Source of the DNA: Sphaerochaetaceae bacterium
Lineage (GTDB): Bacteria; Spirochaetota; Spirochaetia; Sphaerochaetales; Sphaerochaetaceae
DNA: 64,000 nucleotides
Direction: 5' to 3'
NCBI GenBank assembly: GCA_016302165.1
Contig: JAEDOD010000001.1
Span: forward strand, 1,382-65,381
A program made the translations under genes and the position numbers. Shown here in pieces: positions 10,079 through 19,418 of this stretch (position 1 is the first letter of the stretch; the number at the start of each line of letters is the position of its first letter). A model generated the notes under the pieces. That model ran no database searches and had not been told where the DNA came from. It was given only the letters and a program-made list of their open reading frames with translations.

Positions 10079-11563
10079 ATGAAGAGAAATGTACCAGAAG
10101 TCAAAATGGGAATAATCGCTGTCAGCAGAGACTGCTTTATACGCACCCTCTCTGAATCAAGAAGAGTGAAAGTGGCGGAGGAGACAAGGGCCCTTGGTCT
10201 CGACATCAGCGAGATATCAGTGGTTGTGGAGAACGAAAGGGATGCCATGAAGGCCCTGGAGGAAGCGAAGGCTAAAGGCTGCAATGCCCTTTGCGTATTT
10301 TTGGGAAACTTCGGTCCTGAGACTCCTGAGACATTGATCGCCAAATACTTTGACGGGCCTGTCATGTATGCAGCGGCTGCAGAAGAGAGGGGCGATAACC
10401 TTGTTGACGGCAGAGGAGACGCTTACTGCGGAATGCTGAACTGCTCCTATAACCTGAACTTGAGGAATATTCCGGCCTACATCCCTGAGTATCCTGTGGG
10501 AGACAGTAAGGCTGTAGCAAGGATGATAGTGGACTTTGTTCCTGTGGCCAGGGCCATAATTGGATTGAAGAAGCTGAAGATAATCACATTCGGACCTCGC
10601 CCTCAGGATTTCTTTGCTTGTAATGCTCCAATCAAGGGACTCTATGACATTGGTGTTGAAATAGAGGAGAACAGCGAGCTTGACCTTCTGGTCTCCTATA
10701 AGGCCCACGAAGGGGACGAGAGAATCGAAAGCGTAGTGAAGGACATGGCAGAGGAACTGGGTCTTGAAGGAAACAGATATCCTGACCTTCTTCCAAGAAT
10801 GGCTCAGTTTGAGCTGACCCTCCTTGATTGGGCTGAGAGCCATAAGGGAGAGAGGGAATTTGTTGTATTTGCTGATAAGTGCTGGCCTGCCTTCCCTGAG
10901 GCCTTCGGCTTTGAGCCCTGCTATGTGAATTCCAGACTTGCCTCCCGTGGTATTCCTGTGGCCTGCGAAGTGGATATCTATGGCGCACTTTCGGAGTATA
11001 TCGGAGCTTGCATTACAGAAAGCCCTGTTACACTTCTGGATATCAACAACACTGTGCCTAGGGATATGTACGAAAGTGAAATCAAGGATAAGACTGGATA
11101 TAAGGAGAATGATGTATTCATGGGCTTCCACTGTGGAAATACTCCTCTCTCCTGTCTTTCCTGTGGTGCTGTAAACTACCAGATCATACAGAATAGGCTT
11201 CTTGAAAACGGTGGTGAGCCAGATTTCACCAGAGGAACACTGGAAGGAGATATCAGGAGCGGAGAAGTTACCATCTTCCGTCTCCATGCCAATAGCGACG
11301 GCTCATTGGAGGCATATTGCGCAGAAGGTGAGGTGCTTCCTGTGGCCACAAGAAGCTTTGGAGGAATCGGAATCATTGCTGTGGACGAAATGGCTAGGTT
11401 CTATCGCCATGTGCTCATAAGAAAGCATTTCCCACATCACACAGCTGTTGCCTTCGGCCACATCGGCAAGGCCTTCTATGGAGTGTTGGATTATCTGGGA
11501 GTGAAGGACGTTTCCTATAACAGGGGAAAGGGTAATCTCTATCCAGAGGAGTGTCCCTTTTAA
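10079..11563 (+). CDS. L-fucose/L-arabinose isomerase-family sugar isomerase (specificity unknown)
   Basis: About 495 aa with overall resemblance to FucI-like isomerase family proteins. The start is set at ATG 10079 (GGAG 7 nt upstream), because ATG 10043 lies inside the operator and upstream of the likely TSS. Confidence 0.65.
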   Translation: MKRNVPEVKMGIIAVSRDCFIRTLSESRRVKVAEETRALGLDISEISVVVENERDAMKALEEAKAKGCNALCVFLGNFGPETPETLIAKYFDGPVMYAAAAEERGDNLVDGRGDAYCGMLNCSYNLNLRNIPAYIPEYPVGDSKAVARMIVDFVPVARAIIGLKKLKIITFGPRPQDFFACNAPIKGLYDIGVEIEENSELDLLVSYKAHEGDERIESVVKDMAEELGLEGNRYPDLLPRMAQFELTLLDWAESHKGEREFVVFADKCWPAFPEAFGFEPCYVNSRLASRGIPVACEVDIYGALSEYIGACITESPVTLLDINNTVPRDMYESEIKDKTGYKENDVFMGFHCGNTPLSCLSCGAVNYQIIQNRLLENGGEPDFTRGTLEGDIRSGEVTIFRLHANSDGSLEAYCAEGEVLPVATRSFGGIGIIAVDEMARFYRHVLIRKHFPHHTAVAFGHIGKAFYGVLDYLGVKDVSYNRGKGNLYPEECPF

Positions 11564-12567
11564 TGGCGACCATCAAGGATATTGCCCAGGCGGCAGGAGT
11601 ATCCCGGGGAACAGTGGACCGTGTCCTCCACAATCGGGGGCACGTGGATCCTGCTGTGGCTGAAAGGATATTCAATATTGCCAAGGAACTGTCATACCGC
11701 CCAAATAGGGCGGGGCAGGCCTTGGCCAATATGGGACGGAAAAGGCGCATTGGAATAGTGATGCCATCCCTTTCAAATCCCTTCTTCCTGGATATTAAGA
11801 ACGGGATGGAGAAGTCTGGGGAAGAAAATGAAATGGCCCTTACCTTCTTCCACTACTCCGGCTACGGTGAGAAGGAGTGCCTCGGAGCCCTCAAAGAGGC
11901 CATAGAGAATTCAGATTCCCTGCTTCTCACTCTTCCAGACTACAGAAGTGTGGTGGAGGAGGCAGAAGCATCTTCTCTTCCCTTCGCCTCGATTAACACT
12001 GGGCTTTCCTCTTCCTCTTCGCTTTTCTACTCAGGCCCCGACTATAGGCAGAAGGGAAGAATCAATGCCGGCCTACTGTCCTTGATGTGTTCTTCCTTTA
12101 CTCCAAGGGTGCTTTTTTTAAGGGGAAACTCCCAGATGAAGGGACATATGGAGATTCTTGAAGGCTTCAAGAGTGCAATGGATGAAAGAGGTACCAGGTA
12201 TTCCTTGGCAATGGATATTGATACCGAGGATGATGACGCCATCTGCTTCAAGGCCACTAGAAGTGCCTTGGAGAAGGATAAGGAGATAAACACTGTGTTC
12301 ATTTCCACAGCAGGCTTTAAAGGTGCCATGGATGCAATTGGAGACCGTAAGCTCTTTGTCTTTGCGTCTGACGACACAGCTCTGATTTCTGCTGCCCTTG
12401 AAGAGGGAAGAATAGTATGGACAGTGTCCCAGGACCCCTATCTCCAGGGATACTACGGAGTGAAGAAGATGGCTGAATACCTCGTTACTGGAGAGAAGCC
12501 CACAGACTTCCTGTCTAGGAATGTGGTGAAGATTAGGGAGAACATTGGAGAGAAAGTATGCTTGTAG
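11563..12567 (+). CDS. LacI-family transcriptional regulator
   Basis: N-terminal HTH MATIKDIAQAAGVSRGTVDRVL followed by a periplasmic-binding-protein-like sugar-binding core. TAATG overlaps the isomerase stop. Confidence 0.88.
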   Translation: MATIKDIAQAAGVSRGTVDRVLHNRGHVDPAVAERIFNIAKELSYRPNRAGQALANMGRKRRIGIVMPSLSNPFFLDIKNGMEKSGEENEMALTFFHYSGYGEKECLGALKEAIENSDSLLLTLPDYRSVVEEAEASSLPFASINTGLSSSSSLFYSGPDYRQKGRINAGLLSLMCSSFTPRVLFLRGNSQMKGHMEILEGFKSAMDERGTRYSLAMDIDTEDDDAICFKATRSALEKDKEINTVFISTAGFKGAMDAIGDRKLFVFASDDTALISAALEEGRIVWTVSQDPYLQGYYGVKKMAEYLVTGEKPTDFLSRNVVKIRENIGEKVCL

Positions 12568-14027
12568 CAGGAATCGACCTTGGGACACAGTCTATCAAGG
12601 TCTTGGTATATGATAGCTTGGAGAAGAGGGAGGTTTGTGTTTCCTCCTGTCCTCTTGACCTTATTTCCCGTCCTGACGGATCCAGGGAGCAGAAGGCAGA
12701 GTGGTATCTTGAGGCCCTTCGAAAGTGCTTTTCCTCCATTGATGGAGAAGTGAAGAAAAACATTGAGGCCCTATCTGTCTCCGGCCAGCAGCATGGCTTT
12801 GTACCTCTTGGAAAGGATGGAGAAGTGCTATGGAATGTGAAGCTCTGGTGCGATACTTCCACGGCCCAGGAGTGCAGTGAAATTGAAGAGGCTTTTGGCG
12901 GAAGGGAAAAAGTTATCGAAGAGGTTGGTAACCCCATTCTTCCTGGATATACAGCATCAAAGATACTGTGGCTGAAGAAGAACCATAGGAAAGAATATGA
13001 GGCCATGGACTACGTGCTTCTTCCCCATGACTACCTTAACTATTATCTCACGGGAGAGATAGTAATGGAAATGGGAGACGCTTCCGGAACGGGCCTATTG
13101 GACATAAGGAAGGGAGAGTGGCACAAAGGGATGTGCTCTGTCATTTCCTCCGATCTACTTAATAAGCTTCCTCCAGTGAAGTCTGGCCCCTTCATCCTTG
13201 GAAGCGTGAGAAAGGAAGTGAGGGATGAGCTGGGACTGGGAGAAAGAGTTCTGGTCGCCAGCGGCGGCGGTGACAATATGATGAGCGCCATTGGAACGGG
13301 AGCGGTAAAGGACGGTGAGATGACCATAAGTCTTGGTACTTCCGGCACCCTTTTCGCTTCCTCCTCCAAGCCACTTATAGACAGTAAGGGAAGGCTTGCA
13401 GCCTTTTCTTCCTCCCATGGCTCCTATCTTCCCCTTCTCTGCACCATGAACTGCACTGTGGCTGTTGAGACAATGAGAAAGGAGATGGAATTGGATGTGG
13501 AGAATTTCATGGCGGAAGCCCAGAAGGCTCCCATAGGATCTGAAGGCCTTGTGATGCTTCCGTTCTTCAATGGAGAAAGAGTTCCGGATTTCCCTAAGGG
13601 AGAAGCCCTTGTCGGTGGAATGAACATGACCAATGTGAAGAGAAGCAACATTGCCCGCTCTGCTCTGGAGGGAGTAAGCTTCGGCTTCCTTCTTGGGCTG
13701 GAAGCCTTCAGAGAGCTTTCCTTCTCTCCGACTGTAATATCACTTACCGGTGGAGGATCTAGAAGTCCCTTCTGGAGACAGATGATTTCTGATATCACGG
13801 GAGTTGAAATCAGATGTCCAAAGAGCGGAGAGGCGGCTGCCTTCGGAGCAGCCCTTCAGGCTCTTGCAGCTATGGAGAATAGAAGTGTTTCTGAAGTTGC
13901 AGAGGAACATTTGAGCTTTGATGAGGACAAAAGGGCCTTCCCTGATGAAGAGAAGCACAGAAAGTATATGGAAGCCTACGAGAAATGGAAGGTTTACTGC
14001 GGGGCTTTGACACCTATATTCAAATAA
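12558..14027 (+). CDS. FGGY-family carbohydrate kinase, xylulokinase-like
   Basis: GIDLGTQSIK N-terminus, SGQQHG, and full-length XylB-like FGGY architecture. The start overlaps the LacI stop by 10 nt. Confidence 0.85.
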   Translation: MLVAGIDLGTQSIKVLVYDSLEKREVCVSSCPLDLISRPDGSREQKAEWYLEALRKCFSSIDGEVKKNIEALSVSGQQHGFVPLGKDGEVLWNVKLWCDTSTAQECSEIEEAFGGREKVIEEVGNPILPGYTASKILWLKKNHRKEYEAMDYVLLPHDYLNYYLTGEIVMEMGDASGTGLLDIRKGEWHKGMCSVISSDLLNKLPPVKSGPFILGSVRKEVRDELGLGERVLVASGGGDNMMSAIGTGAVKDGEMTISLGTSGTLFASSSKPLIDSKGRLAAFSSSHGSYLPLLCTMNCTVAVETMRKEMELDVENFMAEAQKAPIGSEGLVMLPFFNGERVPDFPKGEALVGGMNMTNVKRSNIARSALEGVSFGFLLGLEAFRELSFSPTVISLTGGGSRSPFWRQMISDITGVEIRCPKSGEAAAFGAALQALAAMENRSVSEVAEEHLSFDEDKRAFPDEEKHRKYMEAYEKWKVYCGALTPIFK

Positions 14028-14042
14028 TAAAAGGAGTTTGAG

Positions 14043-14966
14043 ATGAAAAGTATAAGAATTGAAAACGGAAGATACTCGGCCCTTATTCTGGACCAGGGAG
14101 CAATCCTCTACTCATATTGCGTTGACGGCCACGATGTAGTGCTGGGCTTTGAGAACCTGGAAGACAACATTGCCTCCACTTCCTTCTTCGGTCAGGTGGT
14201 GGGGCCCTTTGCAAACAGAATCAAGGACGCTGTCTACAGGGATGAAGAAGGAGAGCATGTTCTTGAGAAGAATAATGGAAAGAACCATCTCCACTCAGGA
14301 ACCAGGAACTATGGCTTCCAGAAGTGGGAAGTTGAGGAGAAGACTCCTTGTTCCGTAACTCTTTCCCTATTCTCTCCCGAGGGGTATGGCTTTCCGGGAG
14401 ACCAGAAGGTAAGAGTTAGATACTCTCTTTCAGAGGATGGAAGACTTAAGCTGGAGTATAGGGTGGAGGGAGAAAAAAAGTGCCCTGTGAACCCTACAAA
14501 CCATGCATTCTTCTCCCTTAGGGGAAAGGGAGACGTGAGGGATAGCTTGGTCACGATTCCTGCAGACGAATACCTGGAAGTTGACGAAGGCCTGATTCCG
14601 ACTTCTGTCAGAGCTGTGGAGGGCACAGACTTTGATTTCAGAAAGCCATTTGTTTTGGGAGCAAGACGTAACGGTGACTATGACAACTGCTTTGTTTTGA
14701 AGGAAGGAGCTGTGGTGAGAGTGGAGAACGATGAATATGCACTGGAAATGAAGACCAGTCTTCCTTCAGTCCAGTTCTACACTTCCGGCCACCTGAATAG
14801 AAAGGAGAAGGGCAAGGAAGGAATGGACCTGGTTCCATACACAGGCTTCTGCCTGGAGTCTGAGTACTACCCGGATTTTCCCAATCGTCCTGAGTTCCCT
14901 GGCTTTTATGTAGACAAGGAAAGAGTCTACGAAAGCTGGACCGAATACAGGCTGATCAAGAAGTGA
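14043..14966 (+). CDS. aldose 1-epimerase (second paralogue)
   Basis: VGPFANRI and NHAFF motifs are present. It is the last gene of the sugar operon. Confidence 0.85.
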   Translation: MKSIRIENGRYSALILDQGAILYSYCVDGHDVVLGFENLEDNIASTSFFGQVVGPFANRIKDAVYRDEEGEHVLEKNNGKNHLHSGTRNYGFQKWEVEEKTPCSVTLSLFSPEGYGFPGDQKVRVRYSLSEDGRLKLEYRVEGEKKCPVNPTNHAFFSLRGKGDVRDSLVTIPADEYLEVDEGLIPTSVRAVEGTDFDFRKPFVLGARRNGDYDNCFVLKEGAVVRVENDEYALEMKTSLPSVQFYTSGHLNRKEKGKEGMDLVPYTGFCLESEYYPDFPNRPEFPGFYVDKERVYESWTEYRLIKK

Positions 14967-14971
14967 AGAAA

Positions 14972-15010
14972 GGGGAGGGAAGAGATTCTCTCCCTTCTCT
15001 CTTTGTCTTT
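14972..15010 (+). terminator. possible intrinsic terminator after the mutarotase gene
   Basis: An imperfect GC-rich hairpin (GAGGGAAGAG / CTCTCCCTTC, with one bulge) is followed by TCTCTTTGTCTTT. Confidence 0.35.
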
Positions 15011-15165
15011 CAGCATAGAGATTTGTCTCTCCCTATGTTGCCCTTTCTTTGGAGAAAGCATTAGAATGTAGGAACGGGATGTAGGACACCCCTTGTTTTG
15101 CTTTGGCCCTTACAGGGAGAAAGACGGTGCCCCATTCCTTTTCCATTGCAGATAGGAGAACGACA

Positions 15166-18100
15166 ATGTTTGAGCCTGTAAACAACAAAGTTGATTTCGC
15201 TTCCCAAGAGGAGAAGATCCTGAAATTCTGGGAAGAAAAGGAAATCTATAGGAAGTCTATAGAGGAGCGTCCTGCAGACAATGAGTATGTATTCTACGAC
15301 GGACCTCCCTTTGCCACCGGTCTTCCTCATTTCGGACACATTCTTCCAGGAACTATAAAGGATGCAATTCCTCGCTACCAGTCCATGAAGGGACATAGGG
15401 TAGTACGCCGCTTCGGATGGGATTGCCACGGTCTGCCAGTTGAGGCTGAGATGGAGAAGACCATCGGAGTCTCAGGTCACAGCAGAATCATCGAGTATGG
15501 TGTGGGAAAGTTCAACGAAGAGTGCCGCTCCATTGTTCTCAGATATACTTCAGAGTGGAAGAAGGCCATCACAAGGACCGGACGCTGGGTAGATTTCGAG
15601 AATGGCTACAGGACCATGGACAAGAACTACATGGAATCTGTCTGGTGGGTCTTCAAGACTCTCTATGAAAAGGGACTGATCTACGAAGGCTACAACGTTC
15701 TTCCATATTCCCCTAAGCTTGCTTCCCCTCTTTCAAACATGGAAGTCTCCCTTGGCGGATATAAGGACGTAGTTGACCAGGCTGTAACTGTCCGCTTCAA
15801 GATTGACGGCACCGAAAACTCCTATTTCCTTGCCTGGACCACAACTCCTTGGACCCTTCCTTCCAACCTTGCCCTGGCAGTGGGACCTGAAATCGAATAT
15901 GTGGAAGTTGAGGATGAAGCTGACGGAGCCCACTACTATCTTGCCTCCAACCTTCTTGGAAAGTATTGGAAGGATGGAAAGGGCTGCAGGATCCTTAGGA
16001 CAGTAAAGGGAAATGACCTTGTAGGAATGACCTACGAGCCTCTCTTCCCATACTTTGCTTCCCTTAAGGAGAAGGGCGCCTTCCAGGTTGTTACCGCTGA
16101 TTACGTCACAGTTGAGGACGGATGCGGTATCGTCCATACAGCGTCAGGCTTCGGTGAAGACGACTACAACACCATGAAGGCAAAGGTTCCAGGATGCCCT
16201 GTAGTATGCCCGGTGGACGAAGAGTGCAGATTCACCTCTGAAGTCCCTGAATGGGAAGGTGTCTTTGTAAAGGATGCAGACAAGTCCATCATCCAGTATC
16301 TCAAGGAAAGCGGAAAGCTTGTGAAGAGGGAGAACTATCTCCACTCCTATCCATTCTGCTACCGCACAGGTATGCCTCTCATCTATAAGGCAATGTCCTG
16401 CTGGTTCGTGGATGTACAGAAGATCAAGAAGACTATGCTTGAGTGCAATGACCAGATCACATGGGTTCCGGAGCATATCAAGTATGGCCGCTTCGGCAAG
16501 TGGCTTGAAGGTGCCAGAGACTGGGCCATCAGCAGAAACCGCTTCTGGGGAAACCCAATTCCAATCTGGAAATGTGACGGCTCCAACTACATTGAAGTCA
16601 TCGGAAGCGTGAAGGAGCTTGAAGAGAAGTGCGGAAAGAAGGTTGAGGACCTCCATAAGCACTTTGTGGATGAGCTTACCTGGCCAAGCCCGGATGGAAA
16701 GGGAACCATGAGAAGGATTCCTGATATCTTCGACTGCTGGTTCGAGTCTGGCTCAATGCCTTATGCCCAGCAGCACTATCCTTTCGAGAATAGTGAGAAG
16801 TGGGATGAAATCTTCCCTGCAGACTTCATCAATGAAGGTCTGGACCAGACCAGAGGCTGGTTCTACTCCCTTACTGTCCTTGCAGCAGCCCTCTTTGGAA
16901 AGCCAGCCTTCGAGCACTGTATCGTCAGCGGAATCGTCCTTGCTGAAGATGGCTCTAAGATGAGCAAGAGCAAGCACAACTACACAGACCCCATGGAAGT
17001 GGTCGCAAAGTATGGTGCAGATGCGCTTCGCTTCGCCCTCATCAACTCCAACCTGGTAAAGGCTGACGACATGAAGTTCAGCGATGAGATTGTAAAGGAT
17101 GTATTGAAGAGTCTGCTGATTCCTCTCTGGAACGCATATTCCTTCTTTGTCACATATGCAAACATCGATGGATATGTTCCTTCCTCCACTCCGACTTCAT
17201 CCCTCTCCAATCCTTTGGACAAGTGGATCATCAGCGATCTTGAGAAGCTGGTGAAGAAGGCTACAGATGCCTTTGATTCCTATATGATCCAGGATGCCAC
17301 AGAGGCACTCCTCTCCTTCATCGATGACCTGAACAACTGGTACATCAGAAGAAGCAGAAGAAGATTCTGGAGAAGCGAGAACGATGGAGACAAGAAGGAA
17401 GCATACGATACCCTGTATCGTGTCCTTATGACAGTGGTAAAGGTTGCATGTCCAATGGTTCCTTTCGTGACAGAAGCAATCTACCAGAACCTTAAGACAG
17501 CTTCCGATCCAGAGTCTGTCCATCTCTGCCTCTATCCTGAATACAATGAAGAGGAAAGGGACTTCAAACTTGAAGAAGAGATGAACATCATCATGAAGAC
17601 CATCGAAATGGGAAGAGCTCTCAGAGCTTCCTCCAACCTTAAGGTCAGACAGCCTTTGAAGGAATTCGTGGTAGTTTCTAGAAACAGTGCCCACAGGGAG
17701 AACCTGGAGAAGAACAGGGATATCATCCTCGAGGAGCTTAACGTGAAGAACGTAAAGGTCAGAGGAGACGAAAGCGACCTGGTATCCTATTCTGCAAAGG
17801 CAAACTTCAAGGTTCTTGGAGCAAAGCTTGGTAAGAACATGAAGGAAGTTGCAGCCCTGATCCAGAACTTTACAGATGGTGAAATTGCTGAAATCCTTGA
17901 AGGAAAGGCCAAGAGTGTGGTGTATTCCAATGGGGAGATCTCCATCTCTGAAGGAGACCTTATGGTCCAGAGAAAGGAGAAGGAGCATGTAAAGGTTCTG
18001 AACGAAGGGGAAATCACAGTTGGCTTCGATACAGAGGTTACCAGAGAGCTTCTTCTTGAAGGAATCGCCAGAGACCTGGTAAGGCTGGTCCAGACAGAGA

Positions 18101-18300
18101 GAAAGGAAAGCGGCTTTGACGTAGCTGACCATATCTCCCTTTCTGTATGGGGTGATGAAACCTTCAGGGAGGCTGTAGAGGCATTCTCTTCTTTCGTCTC
18201 TAAGGAGACCCTTACTGATTCCCTGACTATTGAAGAGAATGATGGAAAAGAGGCTGAAATTGCCGAGAGTCCTATTACTCTCAAGGTAAGAAAGATTTGA
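15166..18300 (+). CDS. ileS: isoleucine--tRNA ligase
   Basis: HIGH-type motif (HFGHIL) and KMSKS are present, at about 1044 aa. The start is set at ATG 15166 (GGAG 7 nt upstream), not the ORF-track start at 15103. Confidence 0.97.
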   Translation: MFEPVNNKVDFASQEEKILKFWEEKEIYRKSIEERPADNEYVFYDGPPFATGLPHFGHILPGTIKDAIPRYQSMKGHRVVRRFGWDCHGLPVEAEMEKTIGVSGHSRIIEYGVGKFNEECRSIVLRYTSEWKKAITRTGRWVDFENGYRTMDKNYMESVWWVFKTLYEKGLIYEGYNVLPYSPKLASPLSNMEVSLGGYKDVVDQAVTVRFKIDGTENSYFLAWTTTPWTLPSNLALAVGPEIEYVEVEDEADGAHYYLASNLLGKYWKDGKGCRILRTVKGNDLVGMTYEPLFPYFASLKEKGAFQVVTADYVTVEDGCGIVHTASGFGEDDYNTMKAKVPGCPVVCPVDEECRFTSEVPEWEGVFVKDADKSIIQYLKESGKLVKRENYLHSYPFCYRTGMPLIYKAMSCWFVDVQKIKKTMLECNDQITWVPEHIKYGRFGKWLEGARDWAISRNRFWGNPIPIWKCDGSNYIEVIGSVKELEEKCGKKVEDLHKHFVDELTWPSPDGKGTMRRIPDIFDCWFESGSMPYAQQHYPFENSEKWDEIFPADFINEGLDQTRGWFYSLTVLAAALFGKPAFEHCIVSGIVLAEDGSKMSKSKHNYTDPMEVVAKYGADALRFALINSNLVKADDMKFSDEIVKDVLKSLLIPLWNAYSFFVTYANIDGYVPSSTPTSSLSNPLDKWIISDLEKLVKKATDAFDSYMIQDATEALLSFIDDLNNWYIRRSRRRFWRSENDGDKKEAYDTLYRVLMTVVKVACPMVPFVTEAIYQNLKTASDPESVHLCLYPEYNEEERDFKLEEEMNIIMKTIEMGRALRASSNLKVRQPLKEFVVVSRNSAHRENLEKNRDIILEELNVKNVKVRGDESDLVSYSAKANFKVLGAKLGKNMKEVAALIQNFTDGEIAEILEGKAKSVVYSNGEISISEGDLMVQRKEKEHVKVLNEGEITVGFDTEVTRELLLEGIARDLVRLVQTERKESGFDVADHISLSVWGDETFREAVEAFSSFVSKETLTDSLTIEENDGKEAEIAESPITLKVRKI

Positions 18301-19193
18301 AGAAGTCATACTTATACATTCTTATTTCCCTGATTATTCTGATGGTAGGCACATCCTGTGCTTACCGTCGTCCTTTTTATCCTGAATACTGGTTCCAGGC
18401 TTTGGGGCAGGAAGGGGAATTTGTCATGACGGCAGATATCTCAAGGCTGAAGGAAGGTGAAGGAAAGGAAATCGTAGACCAGAGTCTCTTCGATAATCCT
18501 ATAGCCTCCAAGGCTGAAAGGATCTCCCTGTCCCTGATTCCTCAGGAGAATGATTCCTATCCTCTTCCTCTCTCATCCTTTGTGGTGGGAGGAGCTGTGG
18601 AAGGTAAGTTCTCCACATTGGTGGTGAACACATCCCTGAAGTTCTCAGGATATATGAAGACAAAGGAAAACGGCATTGTCAGATATAAGGGAGACGGAAT
18701 GAGCGTCTATGCTCCATTGAAGAATCTGATCCTCTTTACAGATGGAGACTATGACGATTTGTATGACAGGACCATTTCCTCCAGGGAAAAGGTGATAGAG
18801 GATTCTGTGGCTGAAGCCATGGCCACATCTCTTTTCTCCCTTTATGTCTTTGAACCTGAGACCTTGATGGACATAGGCTTCGAGATACCTCAGGTGGTAT
18901 TGGATGAAATGGAGAAGACCTGCATCCTCTTTGATGAAAGGGGAGGAGAGCTGGTGATGACAGGAATCATCGAGACCACTGGAGACGGAACCGCAAGGGC
19001 CCTATCCACTCTTCTCAAAAATCAGGTGGTACAGGAGAAGAGAAGGAATGGGGAGACCCTTGACACCAAGCTTCTCTCTACATATTTTTCTGTTGAAGAC
19101 AATGTGGTCAAGATTATAGGCTACCCTCTTTCCTCTGCCATGAAGGAAAAGGCCAGAGGACTGATGAGTAGCGGAATTGGAGGTCTATTCTAA
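18297..19193 (+). CDS. hypothetical lipoprotein
   Basis: The TTG start overlaps the ileS stop. A signal peptide ends ...LMVGTSC, a relaxed lipobox. I recognise no family. Confidence 0.55.
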   Translation: MKKSYLYILISLIILMVGTSCAYRRPFYPEYWFQALGQEGEFVMTADISRLKEGEGKEIVDQSLFDNPIASKAERISLSLIPQENDSYPLPLSSFVVGGAVEGKFSTLVVNTSLKFSGYMKTKENGIVRYKGDGMSVYAPLKNLILFTDGDYDDLYDRTISSREKVIEDSVAEAMATSLFSLYVFEPETLMDIGFEIPQVVLDEMEKTCILFDERGGELVMTGIIETTGDGTARALSTLLKNQVVQEKRRNGETLDTKLLSTYFSVEDNVVKIIGYPLSSAMKEKARGLMSSGIGGLF

Positions 19194-19418
19194 ATGCCAA
19201 TCTATTCTTATAGATGTAGTTCCTGTGGCAACTCATATGATGCCATGAAGAGTTTCAGTGAGGCAGACGAAGACGATATCTGCCCAATATGCGGCAAAAC
19301 GGCCAAGAGGCAGTTTTCTGATCCAGCCGCTGTAATATATAAAGGATCAGGATACTACTGCACAGACAATAAGCATGATAGTGGATGCTGCTGCGGTTCT
19401 TGCAAGGGAGGAAAATGA
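19194..19418 (+). CDS. FmdB-family zinc-ribbon protein
   Basis: MPIYSYRCSSCG...CPICG...KGSGYY is the typical CxxC_CxxC_SSSS pattern, followed by a Cys-rich tail. Confidence 0.8.
   Translation: MPIYSYRCSSCGNSYDAMKSFSEADEDDICPICGKTAKRQFSDPAAVIYKGSGYYCTDNKHDSGCCCGSCKGGK

Noticed and set aside
10217-11287. 356-aa minus-strand ORF
   Set aside because: It lies entirely antisense to the FucI-like isomerase gene. Its composition is low-complexity and I recognise no motif. It is a typical shadow ORF of this codon bias, in which few sense codons create antisense stops.
15103-15165. 21-codon N-terminal extension of ileS
   Set aside because: It starts at a non-ATG codon in the leader. The SD precedes ATG 15166, and IleS homologues begin near MF..V.
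15074-15165. T-box leaders upstream of ileS (and likewise trpS and hisS)
   Set aside because: The leaders are too short, at about 90 nt or less, or are absent altogether (trpS overlaps the preceding gene). No specifier-loop or T-box sequence is recognisable.
17197-18309. 370-aa minus-strand ORF
   Set aside because: It is antisense to ileS, whose identity is unambiguous, and it has no RBS or family features.
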